Origin: Promethearchaeota archaeon
GTDB taxonomy: Archaea > Asgardarchaeota > Hermodarchaeia > Hermodarchaeales > Hermodarchaeaceae
Assembly: GCA_048938295.1 (NCBI GenBank)
Contig: JBHLMI010000002.1
Span: forward strand, 7,279-71,278
Direction: 5' to 3'
Length of the DNA stretch: 64,000 nt
In this document: positions 27,690 through 36,795 of the stretch, one piece after another
Position numbering within the stretch: position 1 is the first letter of the stretch
Layout: each line of letters starts with the position of its first letter
Notes under the pieces: generated by a model
Told to the model about the DNA's origin: nothing
Seen by the model: only the letters and a program-made list of their open reading frames with translations
Databases searched by the model: none
Position numbers and translations under genes: made by a program

Positions 27690-28337
27690 CTATTTCGATT
27701 TCTTTGCCTTAACTTTAGATTTCGGTTTTTCCTTGGAAGGGCTTGGCTCATTTAGTTCAAACCACTGGTCGAGAAATAGCTTCGCATAGTGGATGGGCAC
27801 TCCAACTTCGAATAAGTGACCAGCGATTTCATGCCGGGATTTCCCCTCTTTCGTTAGACGCGACGACAAATTGAACGTAAATTCCTTTAACTCCCAGGGG
27901 TAGACAACCCAGGCTTCGGTTTTTACCACATAATAGTCTGGAACCAGTTTCGTCCATGGTTTCATGTGCATCGTCGCTGTTCGGGGATTCTTATAGCCCC
28001 GTTGTTTCAGATGTTCCCCAGCAACGGTCAAACTGTCCCCAGTGTCAGAAATGTCATCAACCAGCAGAGGGCTTTCCCACTTCATATCACGTGGGATTTT
28101 CTGGCTAACCTGGGGTTCATGATCTCTTGCATAGATTCCACGGTATAAATCGACCTTGACGTTCGCGGTATCCCGTGTGAAAAAGAGATCAGAGAGAATT
28201 CGAGCGGGAATCCAGCCTCCACGTGCTACACCAACAATTACATCAGGTTGATAACCGGAATTTACGATCATCTCATAGAGCATAAAACACAGTTCGTAAA
28301 ACCGCTCCCACCATACAAATTCGTACGTGATTGCCAT
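27690..28337 (-). CDS. Phosphoribosyltransferase (purine PRTase-like)
   Basis: PRPP-binding motif LLVDDISDTGDSL. Confidence 0.75.
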   Translation of the reverse strand: MAITYEFVWWERFYELCFMLYEMIVNSGYQPDVIVGVARGGWIPARILSDLFFTRDTANVKVDLYRGIYARDHEPQVSQKIPRDMKWESPLLVDDISDTGDSLTVAGEHLKQRGYKNPRTATMHMKPWTKLVPDYYVVKTEAWVVYPWELKEFTFNLSSRLTKEGKSRHEIAGHLFEVGVPIHYAKLFLDQWFELNEPSPSKEKPKSKVKAKKSK

Positions 28338-28716
28338 ACTGCTAGATATCTACCCTAGATATAAAACTTGTCGTCAGCCACTCAAGTTTTATTCCCTGTA
28401 CGCAAGAGCTTCCGGACATCGTTATTCATACATTTAGTGTACTGCAAAAGTCATTGACATGCTTGAACCCAAGAAGATTAGCCAGTTGTAGTCCAGATGT
28501 TTACATAGTTCATGAGTTGAAATCGAGCCATTTCGAGCCTCAATCTCGTTAAATTCTGTTTAAAAATTGCGAGCTGCGGACGCTAACCTCCGAGCAGATC
28601 AGTTCCGTCATACGCCATGATGAGTGGCTCTGGTTAGGTGCATGTTCGTCATCGTCGACGTCCGCATGCTCCCTGAATAGGACGTTGTGGTACCCTTTAG
28701 GAGTTTCTGATTGTAC

Positions 28717-29163
28717 TTATTTGGTTTTTTGACCTTTAAGCAGCTCCTTAGTAGCAGCATTCATGGTAACTACAGGGCGTAGAAGGAGGTAGAGAATGAT
28801 CAACCCAACAAGCAACAAAGCAACTCCGAGGAGTTTGATGTAAAGAGCCAGTGGGCCAATACTAAGGGCAATCAATGCTATGGGTAGAACTGCACCGATG
28901 ATAGCTCGAATAATAGTTAGTAGAATTGCTTTCTGTGTGTCCTTAACAAGTAGAACGGCAAGAAAAGCAATAATGAGGAAGAACAAGGTTACACCTGCAA
29001 TAATGGCGATGAAGGGTTCTGCGAAGACAAAAGGAAGGAGGAAACTCCCAATCAAGAGCACTGCATAAATGACAATGGCAAGGAAAGTCCAGTAATTAAA
29101 AACGCTGGTAAATTTCTTCAAGTCCATCGATGCCTTAGTTATTCGGGTCATAGGATCGGACAA
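28717..29163 (-). CDS. Small integral membrane protein
   Basis: 148 aa with 4 predicted TM helices. Confidence 0.5.
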   Translation of the reverse strand: MSDPMTRITKASMDLKKFTSVFNYWTFLAIVIYAVLLIGSFLLPFVFAEPFIAIIAGVTLFFLIIAFLAVLLVKDTQKAILLTIIRAIIGAVLPIALIALSIGPLALYIKLLGVALLLVGLIILYLLLRPVVTMNAATKELLKGQKTK

Positions 29164-29203
29164 GAAAAGACCTCCAAACTCTTCCCTCCTCCTTGGATAT
29201 TAC

Positions 29204-30322
29204 CTAAATGCCTTTCTCTTGAGATGAATATCCCATTTTCCCAACAAATTTTAAAATTTGTTTGGGGTTGATTTTTGTTAAGACTCCTTTTTCTGTGATA
29301 AGACCGGTCACATACCTTGCAGGTGTCACATCAAAAATGGGATTGAGTGCTTCAGTTCTATCTGGTGCAACTTGTACAGGTCCCATTTCTCCAGTCGGAA
29401 GTCGTCCGATTACAGTTCGTACCTCTTTTGCAGGCCGCTCTTCAATTACGATCTGATTGCCATTAGAAATATCTAAATCAAACGTAGAAAGAGGGGCTGC
29501 TATATAGAAAGGCACTTTGTGAATATGAGCAAGGAGTGCCTTCTCATAAGTCCCGATTTTGTTTGCTACATCACCATTGGCAACAATTCGGTCTGCCCCC
29601 ACGATAACAGCATCCACCTTACCTTTGCTGAAAAGGTAGCCGCAGGCACTGTCGACAAGCAGCTGATGTGGGATGTTATATTGTTGTAACTCCCATGTTG
29701 TTAAGCGACTCCCCTGGAGCCAGGGTCTGGTTTCGGATACATAGACCATTGCTAGATTTCCTATTTCGAATGCCTGTTTAATGACACTAAGGGCAGATCC
29801 ATAATCCTGTATAGCGAGTCCACCGGTATTGCAATGAGTAAGAACTCGGCTCTGGTGTTTTAGCAGCGCTGATCCGTGTTTTCCAATCGCCTGCGACGCA
29901 GAAATATCCGAGGCTAAAACTTGATTGGCAACTTTGTCAATATTAGCGCGTTTTTCATCTAGCGTCGTGCCCTTATCCGCTGCGGAAAGACAAGCGTCTA
30001 CTGTTGTTGATAGGGTTACAGCAGTTGGACGTGCACTAACTATGACTTTCGCAGCTTCCTGAAGCAGATGGTTGAATTCTAATACTAACGTGGTTTGAAT
30101 CTCATGAGCAGCTTGTGCCATCGCAAACGCGCCAGCGACCCCCACAGAACCAGCTCCACGAGTGACCAAGTCTTTAATCGCTTTTACTGTATCTTGCCAA
30201 GAAGTCAGACGTTTAATTTCTAGTTTAAACGGTAACCACCGTTGGTCAATCATACTTACAATGTAATCTTTCATTTGAACAGCATGAAGATCCAATGTTT
30301 GCCCTTCAACTTTAACTCGCAT
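29204..30322 (-). CDS. eIF-2B alpha/beta/delta-family sugar-phosphate isomerase (ribose-1,5-bisphosphate isomerase or MtnA-like)
   Basis: Family-typical Rossmann-like C-terminal half (..VIVGADRIVANGDVANKIGTY..). Confidence 0.7.
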   Translation of the reverse strand: MRVKVEGQTLDLHAVQMKDYIVSMIDQRWLPFKLEIKRLTSWQDTVKAIKDLVTRGAGSVGVAGAFAMAQAAHEIQTTLVLEFNHLLQEAAKVIVSARPTAVTLSTTVDACLSAADKGTTLDEKRANIDKVANQVLASDISASQAIGKHGSALLKHQSRVLTHCNTGGLAIQDYGSALSVIKQAFEIGNLAMVYVSETRPWLQGSRLTTWELQQYNIPHQLLVDSACGYLFSKGKVDAVIVGADRIVANGDVANKIGTYEKALLAHIHKVPFYIAAPLSTFDLDISNGNQIVIEERPAKEVRTVIGRLPTGEMGPVQVAPDRTEALNPIFDVTPARYVTGLITEKGVLTKINPKQILKFVGKMGYSSQEKGI

Positions 30323-30431
30323 TATCTAACCTCCAATCTTTCAAATAACCGAATCAAGAGACCAAAAGAGTTTTGGGAATCGGTATCGGATTAGCTCGGC
30401 TGCAAGGAATTGCTTCGCAGGAGTTCAAATA

Positions 30432-31112
30432 ATGCTGTATCACCGCATAATAAAGGCGATGTTGTTTGATTTAGATGGAACATTAGTGAAGTTTCCTGAA
30501 ATGTGGCAGCATTTTGACCAGTTAATGATTAAAACATTAGATGAGTTTGGGATTCCTCATCCTTCGCAAGATGCTCGTATTGCTATTTGGCATACGGGGA
30601 GCAATTTTGAGTCGGTGATTAAAAGCTGGGGAGTAGAGGATTACTCAAGCTTTATCCATCGGTTTGATGTCCTCGATTTCGAAAAGCGAAAAGAGCTAAT
30701 TGCAGATGGAAAAATTCGACTCTTTGATGATGTTGATATATTAGACAATCTTGCTGAAAGGTTTTCTCTAGGTCTCCTCACGAACACGCCACCGGATATT
30801 GCTTGGTTGGAAGTGAAATCGTTTAATTTGGAAAGATTTTTCGATGATTTTGTAATGTTGGGGACTGTAGAACAACATATCGCTAAACCAGAGCCGGATG
30901 GTTTTCTCCGTTGTTTACATAATCTCGGGGTAAATCCAAAAGAAGCAGTGATGGTAGGCGATTCAAGCAGCGATATTATTGGGGGAAATCGTGTGGGTAT
31001 GATTACTGTATTAGTTGATCGACCTGGACAACAGACACCCACTAACCTTAGACCACCGCCACATTTGACAATTACTAATCTTGATGAACTTCTCCAGTTC
31101 ACCTCGCAATGA
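30432..31112 (+). CDS. HAD-superfamily hydrolase
   Basis: Motif I MLFDLDGTLV and motif IV VGDSSSD. Confidence 0.75.
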   Translation: MLYHRIIKAMLFDLDGTLVKFPEMWQHFDQLMIKTLDEFGIPHPSQDARIAIWHTGSNFESVIKSWGVEDYSSFIHRFDVLDFEKRKELIADGKIRLFDDVDILDNLAERFSLGLLTNTPPDIAWLEVKSFNLERFFDDFVMLGTVEQHIAKPEPDGFLRCLHNLGVNPKEAVMVGDSSSDIIGGNRVGMITVLVDRPGQQTPTNLRPPPHLTITNLDELLQFTSQ

Positions 31113-31118
31113 GCTGGG

Positions 31119-32534
31119 CTATTCTGAGGGGCGTCGCAATATTTCTCCATATTCAACAAGTGCAGCCATTCCTCGGGCTCCACGGATGGGAAGATGATAG
31201 GATGGAACACCAGCTACTCGAAGTTTATGCATCCGTTCACGGATTTCCTTCGTTGAGGGAACCGAGACCACGATGACTGGTTTCTTGCGTTGCGTAGAGG
31301 CTTCAACAATCGCTTGACTCACCTGTTCAGCATCAAGTAAGGGAGTCATGAAGAGGGGAATCACAATAAGCCCATCAATTTCATCACAATCCAAAAGTGT
31401 GTTCATTGAAAAAGCAAATTGCTCTGCAGTCGCTGATCCAGTCAGGTCAATGGGATTTCGGACCGAGTAGAAATAAGGCAACTTTGTATGAAGGCGTTTT
31501 TGTAAATCTTTTGAAAGCTCAGGGGCTTCAAGGTTAAAATCGGCCAATGCATCTAAGGTCATTACACCGAAACCTCCGCCGCTGGTAATAACGCCAATGC
31601 GCTTTCCCTTAGCCGATGGTTGGTTAGCGAGTGCACGTGCAACATCGAAAAATTCACCGATGGTTTTTACTCGAATGACGCCTGCAGTTTCAAAGGCGGC
31701 ATCATAAATTCGGTCAGTACCAGCGAGGGAGCCAGTGTGGCTGGAAACGGCTCGTGTGCCGGCTTCACTGCGTCCAGCTTTGATGACAATGAAGGGTTTG
31801 ATTTTCGAGGCGCGTTTACAGATCTCGATGAATTTTCGCCCACGGTTGATGGATTCTAAATAAAGCCCGGTTACTTGAGTATCCTCATCATCTTCCAGGT
31901 AATCGATGAGGTCTCCTTCGTCGACGTCAATGGCGTTTCCAAAGCTAACGAATTTACTAAATCCTATTTTTTCGTTGCAGGCAAAACTCATCACCGAACC
32001 GCCGACAGACCCTGACTGAGAGAGAAATGATATTCGCCCAGTATCTGGTCGAGGTGTGGTACTTGCAGGAAGAAATAGCGTATCAATATGAGTACTAGGG
32101 CTAAAGGTGCCTAAGCAGTTGGGTCCAAGAATCCGTATATTCCCTTGTTTCGCTAGCTCAAGGACCTCATTTTCGAGCTTGACACCATCGGGTCCCGATT
32201 CGCGAAATCCCCCGGAAACGATGATGACATTGGGGACCTTCTTCTCAACGCACTCCTTCATGGCCACTGGGACATATTTGGCAGGAATAACGATGACTGC
32301 TAAATCTACTGGCCCTCCACAGTCTTTAAGGGAGCCATAGGTTTTGATGCCAAGGATATGGTGACCTTCCTTGGCTGCCTTGGGATTGATCAGGTATAAT
32401 CGTCCAGGGAATTTTGCAGCGACCATTTGTTCGATGATGATATGACCGATGCGTCCTGGGCGTCGAGAAGCCCCAATGATTGCGACGCCTTTCGGATGAA
32501 AGAAGCGATCGATTTGTGTTTCAATTGATTCCAT
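31119..32534 (-). CDS. Acetyl-CoA synthetase (ADP-forming) alpha-type CoA-binding protein
   Basis: PKGVAIIGASRRPGRIGH CoA-binding N-terminus, succinyl-CoA-synthetase-like flavodoxin domain, about 470 aa. Confidence 0.75.
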   Translation of the reverse strand: MESIETQIDRFFHPKGVAIIGASRRPGRIGHIIIEQMVAAKFPGRLYLINPKAAKEGHHILGIKTYGSLKDCGGPVDLAVIVIPAKYVPVAMKECVEKKVPNVIIVSGGFRESGPDGVKLENEVLELAKQGNIRILGPNCLGTFSPSTHIDTLFLPASTTPRPDTGRISFLSQSGSVGGSVMSFACNEKIGFSKFVSFGNAIDVDEGDLIDYLEDDEDTQVTGLYLESINRGRKFIEICKRASKIKPFIVIKAGRSEAGTRAVSSHTGSLAGTDRIYDAAFETAGVIRVKTIGEFFDVARALANQPSAKGKRIGVITSGGGFGVMTLDALADFNLEAPELSKDLQKRLHTKLPYFYSVRNPIDLTGSATAEQFAFSMNTLLDCDEIDGLIVIPLFMTPLLDAEQVSQAIVEASTQRKKPVIVVSVPSTKEIRERMHKLRVAGVPSYHLPIRGARGMAALVEYGEILRRPSE

Positions 32535-32639
32535 TGCTGACCACTCTTTGATAATTCAGACCTAACAAGACAGAAAGGTACTTTTCCCATCAACAACACC
32601 TTTAGGCTAATAAATGGATTTACCTGTAACTGATAAAAG

Positions 32640-33938
32640 TTAGATTTTTGCATTCTGACAAGAAACTAATTTCTTCATCGCTTTTACGATGAGAAAGTCG
32701 GGTACCATTTGATCATTGAGGTAAGCCTTTCTTGGGAATTGTTGAACCACTTCTTCAGAAGCTTTTGGTTCACTCACCTCAACAAGTGCGAAATTATTTC
32801 TTACTAGTTCATTGAGGTATGCGCTTATCGGTCTGATGAACTGAATCGTTGACAGAGTTTCGGTATAGAGCATCGGTCTTTCATCAAAGTAATCGATGAC
32901 GACTTTCATTCGGTCTTCATTTCTTTGGCTATCTCCGGGAACCCTGATCGTGTTGCAAACAGGCCAACTGAATGCCGGATGGAGAATACTAAACACGAAG
33001 ATACCGTTTTCCTTTAACACCTGGGATATCTGCTGGAGTGTCGTTTTGTAATCCTCGATATCCATTAACGCCATATTGCAAATTACTTTATCAAAAGAAG
33101 ATTTGCCAAACTTGTCTGAAATGTACTCAGCGTTGAGTTTCACATACCGAATGCCTAATTGTTCTTTTTCTTCTCGTTCAATGGCAAAATCAAGCATTCT
33201 GGAAATGTCAATTCCAGTGACTTTTGCTCCTTCTTTAGCTAGATAACGGGCTACGTTTCCTTCACCACAAGCAACATCTAAAATTATCTCATTTTTGTGT
33301 ATATCAAGCAAGCGATATAATTCGGGCAAAATGATGTGTTTGTGATGGTAATCCCCGCCTTCACTAAATTGGGACGCCCAAGTGGGGGCCGCCTCATCCC
33401 ATAGAGTACCGGGACTAATTTCGTCAAGCGATTCTAATCGTTTCCATTGCCCACTTCTTCCAAGCGAGAGAACCCTTTGACGCCCCCAAGCCTCATGGGG
33501 AAACTCTTGTGACGCAATCTCATCGTTCGGGCTAGGCTTCCATATAGCAATATCTTCTTCTAGTTGAAGGGCTCCAACTTGAGAGGGATGGGTGCCATCG
33601 TATTCGGCGAAATCTAGTGCAGGATTTATATTCCCACAATTTGCACAAGGAATGGTGTAGTAGTAATTATAGATTAGGAATTCTTTTTTGACCATTCTTT
33701 CTTTAGCACAGGCTAGGCAGGTAAATGTCTCACAAGTTGAACACCAGGCAATTCCGTTAAAGTGTCTCAGTTTGCCACAGGTGTTGCATTCATACTTCCA
33801 GTGAAGGGAACACCTTGGAGTAAAGGAGCCTACATCATGGGATGCTTCGTTCAAAGGATATCCCTTAACCACGTGGGCGTATTGGGAACAGTAGAAACAC
33901 GAAACACACTCTAAAGAAGTCATAAGTAATGAAAACAA
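32640..33938 (-). CDS. Class I SAM-dependent methyltransferase with N-terminal multi-zinc-ribbon region
   Basis: Motif I ILDVACGEGNV. The N-terminal 110 aa contain about 14 Cys in CxxC pairs. Confidence 0.7.
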   Translation of the reverse strand: MFSLLMTSLECVSCFYCSQYAHVVKGYPLNEASHDVGSFTPRCSLHWKYECNTCGKLRHFNGIAWCSTCETFTCLACAKERMVKKEFLIYNYYYTIPCANCGNINPALDFAEYDGTHPSQVGALQLEEDIAIWKPSPNDEIASQEFPHEAWGRQRVLSLGRSGQWKRLESLDEISPGTLWDEAAPTWASQFSEGGDYHHKHIILPELYRLLDIHKNEIILDVACGEGNVARYLAKEGAKVTGIDISRMLDFAIEREEKEQLGIRYVKLNAEYISDKFGKSSFDKVICNMALMDIEDYKTTLQQISQVLKENGIFVFSILHPAFSWPVCNTIRVPGDSQRNEDRMKVVIDYFDERPMLYTETLSTIQFIRPISAYLNELVRNNFALVEVSEPKASEEVVQQFPRKAYLNDQMVPDFLIVKAMKKLVSCQNAKI

Positions 33939-34001
33939 AGAAAGTATAAAAAAAGCCTGCTGCCTTCCTTCAAGATGTGATTAGGTTCTGGTGAATGCAC
34001 T

Positions 34002-35195
34002 GTGTCAACACCTTTGAAACCCGACAGAGTCCTTGTGCGGTATGGCGAAATTGGCTTGAAAACTCCTGGTGTTCGCCGTTACCTTGAGGGCTTACTTAGT
34101 AATCATTTAGGTGTAATGTTAACCCGTCAAGTGGTGAGCTATTCTAAGATCACTCGCGAACGTGGACGCTTCTTCATCCAGACAACAGATGCTGAAACGG
34201 CTGCAGAAGCTGCGTCGCGAGTTTTCGGCGTTGTCTCGACTAGCCCAGTCTGGACGGTTTCATCTAATCCTGACAAGATTATCAATCAGGTTAAGGCGCT
34301 AACTTCTAGTTTCATTTCAGAGGGGCAGAGCTTTGCTGTAAGAGTCCGTCGCGTTAAAACGCACCCCTTTACCAGTCAAGAAATTGCATCCCAGGTCGGA
34401 GCAGCCATAATCGAGGTGACAGGACAGAAACACTCAGCAGCTCCCGTCGATCTGGATAATCCGAATGTTGAAATTCATATAGAAATCCGTGAGAAATCAA
34501 GCTACATCTTTACAACCGTCATTGAAGGACCAGGTGGTTTCCCTTATGGGTCCCAAGGTACGGTTCTGGGCCTTCATTCGGGAGGTCTCGATAGCCCCGT
34601 CGCTCAATGGTTAATGATGAAACGTGGAGCCCACGTTATTCCATTGTACTTTGGATCCGATGTTCCTCCAAAGCAGTCTTTGCGGACCCGAGCCATACAA
34701 AGTGCCAAGATTCTAGCGCAGTGGATTCCGCACACCAAAACAGAACTACTGATTATCCCTTATTATGAGATTCTCCGCCAATTATCAAGATCCAAGTATC
34801 CAAAGATAACTTGCGTTCTGTGTAAGCGGATGATGTATCGGATGGGAGCAATGGTGGCAGCACAGGAAGGGGCGAAGGCTTTGGTCACCGGTGAAACCTT
34901 GGGGCAAGTCGCTTCCCAAACATTAGATAATCTAGCGGTGTTGGATTCAGCGATTGCCTTACCCATTTTCCGCCCCTTGATTGGAATAGATAAAAGTCAG
35001 ACGATGAATCTAGCCCGTCGCATAGGGAGCTACGATGCTTCGAGTAAAGATGTGGGCGATTGCTTTGCTGTGCCAAATAAGCCAACCATCGCTGCATCCT
35101 TAGAGCAAATCCATGAAGCGGAAGCAGCCTTAAACATCCCTGAAATAGTTACAAACGCCATCTCCCAGCTTGAACGTGTAACCCTTGCAAAATAG
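34002..35195 (+). CDS. thiI: tRNA 4-thiouridine synthase ThiI-like (THUMP + PP-loop)
   Basis: THUMP N-terminus and PP-loop LGLHSGGLDSPVA. Confidence 0.8.
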   Translation: MSTPLKPDRVLVRYGEIGLKTPGVRRYLEGLLSNHLGVMLTRQVVSYSKITRERGRFFIQTTDAETAAEAASRVFGVVSTSPVWTVSSNPDKIINQVKALTSSFISEGQSFAVRVRRVKTHPFTSQEIASQVGAAIIEVTGQKHSAAPVDLDNPNVEIHIEIREKSSYIFTTVIEGPGGFPYGSQGTVLGLHSGGLDSPVAQWLMMKRGAHVIPLYFGSDVPPKQSLRTRAIQSAKILAQWIPHTKTELLIIPYYEILRQLSRSKYPKITCVLCKRMMYRMGAMVAAQEGAKALVTGETLGQVASQTLDNLAVLDSAIALPIFRPLIGIDKSQTMNLARRIGSYDASSKDVGDCFAVPNKPTIAASLEQIHEAEAALNIPEIVTNAISQLERVTLAK

Positions 35196-35304
35196 AAGAA
35201 TTTAATTGCAGGAAGACAAGAAATAGAAATTCTAGAAACTGACTTATAGATTAACCGCCGTTATTTCCTTTGTCAGTTTCCCCTCTGGTTGGTTAGGTGT
35301 AATA

Positions 35305-35994
35305 ATGTCAAAAAGAGCAATCGGTCGCGAGATGGACCGATACGAAATCGATCAACGAATCGTGGAAACCATCGTCCTGAAACCGAATGTGACCATCGAT
35401 GGAATTGCCAAAGAAACTGGATTAAGCTACACTGCCGTCCGCAACAGCCTTCAACGACTTCTTAATTTGGGTGTCGTCGTTGAAGCTGCTGACACAGAAA
35501 GGCAGGTACATCGGGGACGTCCTGCAACTTATTTCCGCATAGACAAAGGTTTACAGCTCTTCATTCCGCCTCGCCAGTTCAAACATCTCGCATTGACGCT
35601 AGTTAATCAAATGATGAAAGAAGAAGGCCCTGAGCATGTTGAAGGGCTTCTTGATCGAGCGGCAAAGCTTGAAGCAGAACGCCTTTCAATTGAATGGGAA
35701 AAGGAAAAAACTCAGCTAAAAAATCTCAAACAGATAGTGCAAGCAATCTGTGACTACATTAACGAACAAGGGTGTTATGCTGAACCCAAACCTTTCGAAA
35801 ATGGATTCTATGTTCATGTGAACAATTGTGTCTATCATGGTGTATCCTCAAAATACCCTGGAACAATCTGTCGTTTCCATGAAAGCCTCATCACTCACTT
35901 AGCACATTATCATGACAAATCACTCATCGTAATACACGAGCAAGCCATCGCAGAGGGAGCCCATAACTGCCGGTATATCATTTCTCGACGATAA
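35305..35994 (+). CDS. Winged-helix transcriptional regulator with Cys/His-rich C-terminal domain
   Basis: N-terminal HTH (IDGIAKETGLSYTAVRNSLQRL). C-terminal C/H cluster (CDYINEQGCY..NCVYHG..CRFHE..HNC). Confidence 0.6.
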   Translation: MSKRAIGREMDRYEIDQRIVETIVLKPNVTIDGIAKETGLSYTAVRNSLQRLLNLGVVVEAADTERQVHRGRPATYFRIDKGLQLFIPPRQFKHLALTLVNQMMKEEGPEHVEGLLDRAAKLEAERLSIEWEKEKTQLKNLKQIVQAICDYINEQGCYAEPKPFENGFYVHVNNCVYHGVSSKYPGTICRFHESLITHLAHYHDKSLIVIHEQAIAEGAHNCRYIISRR

Positions 35995-36091
35995 TTTTTT
36001 CCATTTAACGAAATTTTAATCGGTAAGTTATGCTTTTAAACCATCCCGACTCAACATTGGCAGAACTTCCTATATTCTTAGGTGAATTCTA

Positions 36092-36412
36092 TTGGTAGAC
36101 ACTCCAAAAGAAGGCTTAGAAGCCATGGTCGGAACATTTGACTCCAACGCGGCTGCAGGCTGGAACTGCGTAATCGAAATGGACATCCAAGGCGACGCCA
36201 AATACAACATCACCATCGTAGATCAGAAAATCAACTGGGGTGAAGGTCCTGCTGAAAAAGCAGACCTCATCATTACCATCAGCAAAGACGACTGGATGGC
36301 CATCACCAACGGCCAGCTCAACGCCGTAGCCGCTTTCATGTCAGGCAAACTCAAGTCACAGGGTGACATGAGTCACCTGATGAAGCTCCAAAGCGTCTTC
36401 AAACTCGGCTAA
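36092..36412 (+). CDS. SCP2 sterol-carrier-like domain protein
   Basis: AVAAFMSGKLKSQGDMSHLMKLQSVF is the typical SCP2 C-terminal motif. Confidence 0.7.
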   Translation: MVDTPKEGLEAMVGTFDSNAAAGWNCVIEMDIQGDAKYNITIVDQKINWGEGPAEKADLIITISKDDWMAITNGQLNAVAAFMSGKLKSQGDMSHLMKLQSVFKLG

Positions 36413-36477
36413 ACCCGTCAACTGTTCTGAAACTCCTATGACCAACGCACCGTTGTTATCGGTGCTTGGATTCGAGT

Positions 36478-36520
36478 AGGGGTGGTATTACACCCACCCT
36501 TCTACTCATCTTTTTCTACT
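36478..36520 (+). terminator. Hairpin plus T-rich tract downstream of the SCP2 gene
   Basis: GGGTGG-TATTACA-CCCACCC followed by TTCTACTCATCTTTTTCTACTT. Confidence 0.3.
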
Positions 36521-36555
36521 TCAAGGACCAACGCATTCACCAGTAACTTCAAAAA

Positions 36556-36771
36556 CTAAAAGACTTCACGACCACGGGATTGGGCGTAGTCACTTTGATA
36601 GGTGCACATGGCGAGAATGGCAGCCACGATGACAATGATAAAGCAGATGGAAACAATAGCAAATGTGATGACGGGAGGGAGGGGAAGAAAGGGTCCGGTG
36701 ATGAAGAGGATAATCCCGATGATAGCAAAGGCTACAGCGATATAGATAAGCTGACTTGGATTCAATTTCAT
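36556..36771 (-). CDS. Small membrane protein
   Basis: 71 aa with two TM helices. It overlaps antisense ORFs, so low confidence. Confidence 0.3.
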   Translation of the reverse strand: MKLNPSQLIYIAVAFAIIGIILFITGPFLPLPPVITFAIVSICFIIVIVAAILAMCTYQSDYAQSRGREVF

Positions 36772-36795
36772 AGATGTGCATCCTCCGTGGATTGA

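Noticed and set aside
28620-28680. Possible C/D-box sRNA (ATGATGA at 28626-28632 and CTGA at 28673-28676)
   Set aside because: No internal D-prime/C-prime boxes and no terminal stem flanking the boxes. Kept only as a generic structured-spacer observation.
28338-28716. Purine riboswitch upstream of the phosphoribosyltransferase gene
   Set aside because: The reverse-complement of the spacer shows none of the conserved purine-riboswitch junction or loop sequences, and riboswitches are rare in archaea.
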